Positions 36,124 through 43,516 of a stretch of DNA of 45,381 bases are shown here, piece by piece. The stretch comes from Candidatus Saccharimonadota bacterium (GTDB lineage: Bacteria; Patescibacteriota; Saccharimonadia; Saccharimonadales; Saccharimonadaceae). The notes under the pieces were generated by a model, which was given only the letters and a program-made list of their open reading frames with translations, ran no database searches and was not told the origin of the DNA. Numbering within the stretch: position 1 is the first letter of the stretch; each line of letters begins with the position of its first letter. Where the stretch lies: positions 1-45,381 of the forward strand of contig JABCPR020000048.1 of assembly GCA_013332965.2 (NCBI GenBank), written 5' to 3'. The position numbers were made by a program, and so were the translations under genes.

Positions 36124-37158
36124 GTGCAGAATAATTTGGATGGAAATGCTCTATATGGATTACTGCTGGCGCTGGGTAGTTTTTTATTCGCAATGTTTTT
36201 GACGCCTTTTTATACAAATTTAGCCTATAAGTATCATTTTTGGAAAAAACAGAAGAAAACCACGGTACAGGGCGATGCTTTGCCGATCATGACGAAGCTG
36301 CATGCACATAAATTTAAGCGAGTTTTTCCAACGATGGCGGGAATTATTGGAGTAGTCGTGGTGGCAGTGGTAACCTGGTTTTGCAACTGGAATCGTGCGG
36401 AGACCTGGCTGCCATTTGCGGGATTCTTGGGTGGCGCCTTGGTGGGGCTGATTGATGATGCGATTAACGTATTTGGAACGGGGGCTGGGGCGGCAGGTTT
36501 AAGGGCGCCAGTAAAATTCTCAATGATTACAATTGTGGGTTTGATGTTGGGCTGGTTTTTTACATATAAGTTAGGTTGGACCGGTATTCATTTGCCATTT
36601 CATGGAGACTTTGAACTGGGCGCAATTCCGATGATGTTGTTGTTTGCCTTCTCTGTAGTGGCAACTTCAAATGCAGTTAATATTTCGGACGGACTAGATG
36701 GTTTGGCCGGAGGGCTGGCAATGGTGGCATACGGTTCTTTTGGGGTAATTGCGTTATTTCGGGGTCAAATTGCACTATTCGCATTTTGTATGACCGTGGT
36801 TGGGTGGTTACTCTCTTATGTGTGGTTTAATGTTCCACCAGCTCGTTTCATGATGGGCGACGTGGGGTCATTTGCTTTAGGATCTGGTCTTGGTGTGGTG
36901 TCGATGATGACAAACTCATTCTTCCTGCTACCTGTAATCGGCTTATTGTTTGTGGTTGAGGCTGGTTCGTCCTTAATTCAGATGACCTCAAAACAGTTGT
37001 TTCATAGGAAAATCTTTTTATCGGCACCAATTCACCATCATCTTGAAGCAAGTGGATGGGGGGAGGCAAAAATTGTTATGCGTTTTTGGGTAATTGCTGG
37101 GGTAATGGGAATTATCGGGATATTTATTGCAATGTCAGGGGGAATCATCCCGCAATAA
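36124..37158 (+). CDS. mraY: Phospho-MurNAc-pentapeptide transferase
   Basis: PTMAG, GLIDD, NAVNISDGLDGLA, FMMGDVGS and APIHHHLE motifs. Confidence 0.95.
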   Translation: MQNNLDGNALYGLLLALGSFLFAMFLTPFYTNLAYKYHFWKKQKKTTVQGDALPIMTKLHAHKFKRVFPTMAGIIGVVVVAVVTWFCNWNRAETWLPFAGFLGGALVGLIDDAINVFGTGAGAAGLRAPVKFSMITIVGLMLGWFFTYKLGWTGIHLPFHGDFELGAIPMMLLFAFSVVATSNAVNISDGLDGLAGGLAMVAYGSFGVIALFRGQIALFAFCMTVVGWLLSYVWFNVPPARFMMGDVGSFALGSGLGVVSMMTNSFFLLPVIGLLFVVEAGSSLIQMTSKQLFHRKIFLSAPIHHHLEASGWGEAKIVMRFWVIAGVMGIIGIFIAMSGGIIPQ

Positions 37159-37167
37159 GGTGGTGTA

Positions 37168-38691
37168 GTGTTTATGCGTAAACATCAGACAGATAAGAAT
37201 ATCTTTATTGCAACCTTTGTTCTGGTATTAATCGGAACGATTATGGTGAGTATTATTGGGCCATCCTATACGAATATCCAGAATATTTCTTATGGTAAAA
37301 ATGATGATCCGAGCTCGACAATTAAGAGCCAGATTTTGTTTGTAGTGTTAGCTTTTATTGCGATGATGGCGCTTTTAAAAATGCCACTAAGGGGCTCGGC
37401 GGAACGTAATGAAAGGAAGAAGAACTCGAAATTTTGGCAAGCTTTTGCTGGAATATTTGAACATCTGCCGGGTATCATGATGCTAGGTAGTTTAATTATC
37501 TGTGCAATTATGATGATCCCAGGGGTACCATTCGTAAGATGCGCACTGGGTGGATGTAGGTGGCTGAATATTGGTCCGATTCCGCTACAGGTGGCAGAAT
37601 TAGTGAAATTTAGTGCGATTTTTTATTTAGCAAAGGTCTGTACAGATTGTAGAAATGTCGACGGGTTTGATGGTAAGAAAGCTGGACGTAGTGGAATGCA
37701 TCGAGTGATGACTAATGTGGGTGCGAAGGATAATGGCCGTATAGGATTCTCCGGTGACTATAGCAGTAGCGGGCGTAACTTAGGTGGCTATGGCACGAGA
37801 GGTGGAAAGCAAAATGCTAAAAGACTTGGGGGATTTTTAAAGCCGGATACGGTTCTATATATGCTAATCGTAGACAGAAAACTTGATTTTAAGCTGATAC
37901 ACAAAAGAATTGAGGCATTTAAGGCTCAAAAAGATGGCTGGGCCTTTTGGGTGAAATTTTTGGTGCCTTTTGCGGCAGCTGAGTACTTTATCGTGATCGC
38001 ACAGAAGGATTTAGGATCAGGGTTACCTCTGGCAGCGATGGCCTTTGCAATGCTTTTAGTTAGTGGAGTGAGGCTTAAAACTTTTGCGGTAGTGCTTGCT
38101 GTGGGGTTAACACTAGCAGTATTTTCGATGGTATTAGTGCCACACCGTAGGGAGCGTTTGAAAACTTTCTTTAGTGGGAAGGTAACTAGTAGTGAATCGA
38201 CAAATTCGGAAGATAAAAGTAAGGATGCTGAAACTTATCATATTAATAATGCTTTGATTGCGATTGGGTCAGGAGGATTATTTGGAGTGGGAATCGGCAA
38301 TAACGTACAGACGGCTGGATATTTGCCAGAATCAATTACCGACTCGATGTTTGCCGTGATTGGGGAAACGATCGGATTTGTGGGGATTTTGGTGGTGCTG
38401 TTTTTCTACTATATGTTGCTTTCGAGGATGCTGAAAGTAGCGGATTGTACGAAGGATAGCTATTACCAATTGGTGACGATTGGGGTATTTGCTTGGCTAG
38501 CTGGACATGTGGTGGTGAATATAGCTGCAATGACGGGCTTAGCTCCGGTAACTGGTATTCCGCTGCCGCTACTCTCGAAAGGTGGAACGAGTTTGATTAT
38601 GAATATGGCAATCATAGGCTTGGTTTTAAATATTTCACAATATACAATGAGAGCAGATGTTTTGGATGCTGAAAGGAGAAAAATAAAGTGA
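37168..38691 (+). CDS. ftsW: SEDS peptidoglycan polymerase FtsW with a large loop insertion
   Basis: RW...Q.AELVK, QKDLGS, GSGGLFGVG, YLPESITD and PVTGIPLPLLSKGGTS motifs. Confidence 0.9.
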   Translation: MFMRKHQTDKNIFIATFVLVLIGTIMVSIIGPSYTNIQNISYGKNDDPSSTIKSQILFVVLAFIAMMALLKMPLRGSAERNERKKNSKFWQAFAGIFEHLPGIMMLGSLIICAIMMIPGVPFVRCALGGCRWLNIGPIPLQVAELVKFSAIFYLAKVCTDCRNVDGFDGKKAGRSGMHRVMTNVGAKDNGRIGFSGDYSSSGRNLGGYGTRGGKQNAKRLGGFLKPDTVLYMLIVDRKLDFKLIHKRIEAFKAQKDGWAFWVKFLVPFAAAEYFIVIAQKDLGSGLPLAAMAFAMLLVSGVRLKTFAVVLAVGLTLAVFSMVLVPHRRERLKTFFSGKVTSSESTNSEDKSKDAETYHINNALIAIGSGGLFGVGIGNNVQTAGYLPESITDSMFAVIGETIGFVGILVVLFFYYMLLSRMLKVADCTKDSYYQLVTIGVFAWLAGHVVVNIAAMTGLAPVTGIPLPLLSKGGTSLIMNMAIIGLVLNISQYTMRADVLDAERRKIK

Positions 38692-39941
38692 AAATCTTAG
38701 TTGTTGGTGGTGGTTCAGGTGGACATATTACGCCAGCTATGTCGGTGATTCGTGAAATTTTTCATAAGTATCCAAATACGCAAGTGGAATTTTGGACTGA
38801 TCGAAAGTATTATAAAAATATTTCCAATTTAGCAAACGAAATGGCGGTTTCGTGGGGTGAAGAAGAAGGGGTGAGCCGAAAAAATAAGCAATATATAAGA
38901 GTGCGTAAGATTTTTGCGGGAAAATTTAGGCGTTATCATGGTTTGAAAATTAAGGATTATTTCGATAATGGGGCGAAAACATTTTTCGATGTAGTATTTG
39001 GAAACTTGGTGGGGGCGTTTGGGTTCTTGTTGGGGCTGGTGCAGGGCTTTTTGAGGTTATTAGGTAAGAAAAACCGTCCAGATGTAATTTTTTTGAAAGG
39101 TGGATTTGTGGGCTTGCCGGTGGGGATGGTGGCTGGGATTTTGAAAATTCCATACGTGATTCATGAATCTGACGCGGTATTTGGGTTGACTAATCGTATT
39201 TTAATGAAGAAGGCAGCTAAGATTGCTACTGGGGTGCCAGTACAGGCGGAAAAATATGGGGCGGAAATTGCCTCTAAGATTGAATGGGTAGGGATTCCAG
39301 TGGCACCGGAGTTTGCGCCGGTTAGTCCTTCTTTGCAGAGTGAGCTAAAAAGAGAACTAGGCTTTAATTCGAGGAAGAAATTAGTGGTGATTACCGGTGG
39401 ATCCCAGGGGTCGGAGCATTTAAACACCGCAACAAGGGCGATTCTGGAAAGATTGCTTGAAGATGCAAGCGTGGGGCTGATTGCTGGTCGTAAGTATTAT
39501 GATGAGATGCTAGAATTAAAGGATTTTGAAAAATGGAATAGAGCGAAGCTGGATTCAGATTTTCGAATGTGGAGTTTTTCGCCAAAAATGCACGAGATAT
39601 TGGGGGCAGCGGATTTGGTAGTTTCAAGAGCAGGAGCTACGACGATTTCCGAGCTGGCAGCACTGGAGAAGCCTGTAATTCTGGTACCTTTTGAGAAGCT
39701 ACCAGGTGGGCATCAAGCAAAAAATGCGGAGAGGCTACAGAAAGCTGGGGCTGTGGAAGTGGTTTCGGATGCAAAAATGGAGGAAAAGCCAGAACTACTG
39801 CTTTCAAAGATTAAGGAACTACTAGATGACGATGAGAAGCGCGTGGGGTTAGCTTTTAATTTAAAGAAAATTGCAAAGTCTGACGCGTCTGTACGGATGA
39901 TGGAAATTATAATGGAAACAAAAAATAGGAAGCGTAGATGA
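38688..39941 (+). CDS. murG: Lipid II GlcNAc transferase MurG
   Basis: GGGSGGHITP, KGGFV..P, HESD, GGSQGS, SRAGATT and HQAKNA motifs. Confidence 0.93.
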   Translation: MKILVVGGGSGGHITPAMSVIREIFHKYPNTQVEFWTDRKYYKNISNLANEMAVSWGEEEGVSRKNKQYIRVRKIFAGKFRRYHGLKIKDYFDNGAKTFFDVVFGNLVGAFGFLLGLVQGFLRLLGKKNRPDVIFLKGGFVGLPVGMVAGILKIPYVIHESDAVFGLTNRILMKKAAKIATGVPVQAEKYGAEIASKIEWVGIPVAPEFAPVSPSLQSELKRELGFNSRKKLVVITGGSQGSEHLNTATRAILERLLEDASVGLIAGRKYYDEMLELKDFEKWNRAKLDSDFRMWSFSPKMHEILGAADLVVSRAGATTISELAALEKPVILVPFEKLPGGHQAKNAERLQKAGAVEVVSDAKMEEKPELLLSKIKELLDDDEKRVGLAFNLKKIAKSDASVRMMEIIMETKNRKRR

Positions 39942-40477
39942 AATTAGGAAGAACGATTGCGGGTGGTCGTGAGGCGGTCGAGAGCGATTTGGTACGACAA
40001 AAATTTATTGAGAAGCGTGAACGAAAAAAACGATTACAGTTGATTTTGTTGGGTGCGGTAATTGTGGCGACTGTAGTATCTGGAACTTTAATAGTCCGAG
40101 GGGCTCTGCAAAAAACGCCAACAGTAAACCAGAAGCGAGTGGAGGTGGAAAAATATACGCCAACTGTAGAAATTATTGATGAAGACACTTCGAATATGAT
40201 TACAGAACGCATTAAACAGTACGTGGCTCTAATGGAAAAAGATGTACGTGATGTGGGAATGAGAGTAACGAAGGCGATTATTCCAGCTGGTAAGGCACGA
40301 GAAGTGGATATTTATCTTGAGGGTAGGGATGAGTATTATAAATGCAATTTAGATAGGGGGACGGCTGAAACGGTTGAAGATATCGTGAGGATGATAGGAT
40401 ACCTCAAAAAACAGGGAGTGATGGCAGGATATGTGGATGTGAGGCTTGAGGGGCGAGCATATTATAAGGCAAAATAG
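39938..40477 (+). CDS. Bitopic protein, truncated FtsQ/DivIB-like
   Basis: Single TM helix, C-terminal YVDVRLEGRAYYK resembling the FtsQ YxDxR motif; follows murG. Confidence 0.65.
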   Translation: MKLGRTIAGGREAVESDLVRQKFIEKRERKKRLQLILLGAVIVATVVSGTLIVRGALQKTPTVNQKRVEVEKYTPTVEIIDEDTSNMITERIKQYVALMEKDVRDVGMRVTKAIIPAGKAREVDIYLEGRDEYYKCNLDRGTAETVEDIVRMIGYLKKQGVMAGYVDVRLEGRAYYKAK

Positions 40478-40519
40478 TGTGTAGAACTAATAGATAAAAT
40501 ATGAATAAATAAATTAATT

Positions 40520-40545
40520 AATCCCCGGGTGACCGGGGATTTTTT
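40520..40545 (+). terminator. Intrinsic terminator ending the ftsI operon
   Basis: AATCCCCGG-GTGA-CCGGGGATTTTTT. Confidence 0.88.
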
Positions 40546-40872
40546 AGGGTTATGCGAGGCTGCTAAGTCCTGTATTAAAGATGGGCTGGATTTGGTTCTG
40601 GCCTGTTCGGTTTGTTCGGTTTTTAAAATAAGGGAAACTACAGAAAAGATTTGGTTTTTTGACGAAGGGCGGATTTTTAATAAAAAAATGTATGTTTGTT
40701 AAAAAATAGCTGTATTTATTAAAAAATAAAAGTAGGGTACTTGCAATAAAAATAACTTGGAGAGATTAGATTTTTCAAGTGTGTCCTGTTCGGTTATTTA
40801 GAAAATGGAATAATAAAAACGCAAGAAGGGAATAATTATATTATTAATTTTTTTATAGATACAGACAAAAAG

Positions 40873-41074
40873 TTTTGCACAGTTGTGGAAAACTGTATAA
40901 AATAATTGTTTTAAAATAACAGGGGTGGGATTAGTCCTTATATATTCATACATAACGGGGGAGATTTGCATTATATGTGAACATGTGGAAAAGTTTGTTG
41001 AAAAATGTCCGAAAAAATGTGAAAAAGCACTTGCATTATGTGCGTAATGGCGCTAAACTAATGTCAGTGGATAA
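40873..41074. promoter_or_regulatory. Cluster of DnaA-box-like repeats around a sigma70 promoter
   Basis: TGTGGAAAA (40884, 40984), TGTGAAAAA (41018), AGTGGATAA (41066); TTGCAT-17-TAAACT at 41031-41059. Confidence 0.55.
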
Positions 41075-41547
41075 CAAAACAAAAACCCACAAACAAAAAG
41101 ATTAAATATGAATAATCAAGCGACAAAAACTACGAAAGAAGAAATGGATTACGAAGTAATTCGCTTGGTGAAGAAGAGCGGCAGTTAAAAAGGTATCTTT
41201 TTGGCACATTAAAAAATGTTTGAGGTCGGTCAACTAGGAGTCTTGGCGCGCGTTTAGGAAACGCGTCATCAAAACCACTAGCACATCTATAAACACCTCC
41301 CAATTAACTCAACAAACAACCTACACAATAAGTCTCTCAACGGTTATAGTCATATATTCAGTCTTGCATTGGATGAAACTATAGCAGCATTTATTGTATA
41401 GAAAAACAATTAAGAAATTGCAGTAATAAATCTTAATTAACAAACAAAAAACATACAAAAACAAACACGCTAAAATTTCTAGTTGAGCGATCTCAAACTA
41501 AAAAGCTTCTATATAACAGAGATGAAAATCTTTGATATAATAGAGGT

Positions 41548-42426
41548 ATGGAAGAGCTTCATAAGCCAGTGTTACTATCAGAAGTTCTCGAGATTTTGCA
41601 GCCTAGCGCGGGCGAGTCGTATTTAGACTTGACGGCAGGTTATGCAGGTCATGCGGGAAAGATTTTGGCGGTTACGCGGAATTATAAAGAGTCGGTCTTA
41701 GTGGATCGAGACATTAATGCAATTAATTTTCTATCGAAGAAGTACCCAGATGGTGAATTCGGACTTGAAATGTTGCACGAAGATTTTTATAATGCGGCGC
41801 AGTCTTTAATCGAGTGTGGAAAAACTTTTGATATGATATTAGCTGATTTTGGAGTATCTTCACCGCAACTGGATAATTCAGAGCGAGGTTTCTCATTTAT
41901 GCACGAAGGGGAACTGGATATGCGAATGGATCAAACGCAGGAGTTGTCAGCGGAAACGATTGTGAATCACTGGTCGGAGAAGAAACTGATTGAAATCTTC
42001 GAACGATATGGTGAGGAATCATCGGGGCTGGCAAGAAAACATGCGAGAGAAATCGTATATAACAGACCATGGAAAACTACTAAAGAGCTTGCGGATGCTT
42101 TAAGTCCGAAAGGATGGTTTGGGAAGCACCCAGCAACCAAGGTTTTTCAAGCAATTCGGATTGCAGTAAACGAGGAGCTTTCGATTATCGAGAATACTCT
42201 ACCGTTGATTCCGAAACTACTGAAACCAAATGGACGCATTGCGATTATTACTTTTCATAGCCTAGAGGATAGGTTGGTGAAGCAGTATTTTAAGCAGGTG
42301 AGTTCACTTGGAGAAGAGTCTGAACTGGAAATTCTGACAAAAAGTCCAATTGTTGCGGGAATGGATGAATTAGTTATCAATCCAAGAGCAAGAAGCGCAA
42401 AACTGAGAGCAGCTAGAAAAATTTAG
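41548..42426 (+). CDS. rsmH: 16S rRNA m4C1402 methyltransferase
   Basis: HKPVLL, DFGVSSPQLD..ERGFSF, FQAIRIAVNEEL, FHSLEDR and NPRARSAKLR motifs. Confidence 0.97.
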   Translation: MEELHKPVLLSEVLEILQPSAGESYLDLTAGYAGHAGKILAVTRNYKESVLVDRDINAINFLSKKYPDGEFGLEMLHEDFYNAAQSLIECGKTFDMILADFGVSSPQLDNSERGFSFMHEGELDMRMDQTQELSAETIVNHWSEKKLIEIFERYGEESSGLARKHAREIVYNRPWKTTKELADALSPKGWFGKHPATKVFQAIRIAVNEELSIIENTLPLIPKLLKPNGRIAIITFHSLEDRLVKQYFKQVSSLGEESELEILTKSPIVAGMDELVINPRARSAKLRAARKI

Positions 42427-42511
42427 GATAAGAAATTAGACTAAAAATAGCTTGAACGGGAGTGCTGAAGGTTTTTGGGATGATAAAAATAAAAATAAAA
42501 AAGGAGGCTAT

Positions 42512-42577
42512 ATGCCAAAGCAAATCATTGTAAAAAACGCTTCTCGAGCACAGAAAATCAAAGTTAATTTTCGCTAG
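42512..42577 (+). CDS. 21-aa basic peptide MPKQIIVKNASRAQKIKVNFR (candidate leader peptide)
   Basis: AAAGGAGG RBS after an A-rich tract, immediately before a structured region. Confidence 0.5.
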   Translation: MPKQIIVKNASRAQKIKVNFR

Positions 42578-42620
42578 AGAAAGTTAATTCTAAATCTAGG
42601 TTGATGTAAATCTCCTGATT

Positions 42621-42840
42621 TTGAATGTATCAGGCCTTAGGGCCTGCTATCGGGAAGCTTTCGGAAACGACGGAGTCCCGACACGGTTGTAAAGTCAACT
42701 GGGAAACGTGTTTAATAAAAAAAGATATGACCTTCCCGGAAGCCCTTATTAGCGATGCGGTGGTGCGGCTAATAAGAGCTTTCGGACTATGATTACGGGG
42801 CAACTTCGCTAAACGAAGGCGCACCGACCAAGATACACAA
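42621..42840 (+). ncRNA. Candidate multi-stem, pseudoknotted structured RNA
   Basis: GC-rich island closed by TGTATC/GATACA, five internal helices, a GAAA tetraloop and loop-tail complementarity. Confidence 0.55.
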
Positions 42841-42952
42841 ATAAAACAAACAACAAAAACAATATAAACATAAATTCAGGTTAAACTCTAATTAAAATCT
42901 TTATTTTTGCTGAGAAGATTTTAGCGAGAGTTTACATAAAGCGAGGAAAATA

Positions 42953-43363
42953 ATGCAGAGTGGAGCAAGAACTATGCGCCAACAGGGTTTTGGCGGTTTT
43001 AATGGCATGCGCGGTATCAATGATCGTCCCCAAACTAGCTATTTAGCTAATTCTGTAAGTTCTGGTTATTCACGCAATCGAAATACGGTGCGTCATCAAG
43101 CGCGTGGAATCGGTCGTTTTTCAGCAATTGCTATTTTGGTTATTGAGATTTTCACAATCGGACTTTTTTATGTCTCTCAACAGGGTAATGTGACAAGTTA
43201 TGATTACAATATGAACAAGATTGATACGCAGATTGCAAACTTGGAAGCCGAGCGTGACGATTTAAAAGTTGAGCAGGCGAGATTGAACTCGATTGCAAAG
43301 AATGCGAAGTCAACGGTGGCGGCCAATATGGAAACCGCACAAGTTGCTGGCTATGCTGACTAA
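42953..43363 (+). CDS. FtsL-like cell division protein
   Basis: Cytoplasmic tail, one TM helix, leucine-zipper coiled coil; lies downstream of rsmH. Confidence 0.7.
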   Translation: MQSGARTMRQQGFGGFNGMRGINDRPQTSYLANSVSSGYSRNRNTVRHQARGIGRFSAIAILVIEIFTIGLFYVSQQGNVTSYDYNMNKIDTQIANLEAERDDLKVEQARLNSIAKNAKSTVAANMETAQVAGYAD

Positions 43364-43516
43364 TTTTGAAGAATAAATATTATTGACTGAGTGATTCTTG
43401 GTGTTATCGTATAATTAACACTAACATTTTCTTATTCTCTATAAATATGGTAAAATAGGAGTAATTTTTACGCATTAAGCCTGTTTCTAGGATGGGCAAA
43501 ACAGGGAAGGAGAAAA

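Noticed and set aside
40604..40795. TGTTCGGT seen three times
   Set aside because: Short, irregularly spaced and not tied to a promoter; insufficient support.
40550..41100. Replication origin
   Set aside because: No dnaA/dnaN nearby, and both the G-rich + strand bias and gene orientation look the same on each side. By-eye judgement; a cumulative skew plot would settle it.
42757..42772. T-box (GGTGG)
   Set aside because: Lacks the UGGNACC bulge, a terminator and an amino-acid-related downstream gene.
42780..42835. HDV-like ribozyme or group I intron core (GGGCAAC-hairpin-GCG; GACTA; AAGATA)
   Set aside because: No P1/P3/L3 with the CC needed for P1.1, and no UAGUC partner for P7.
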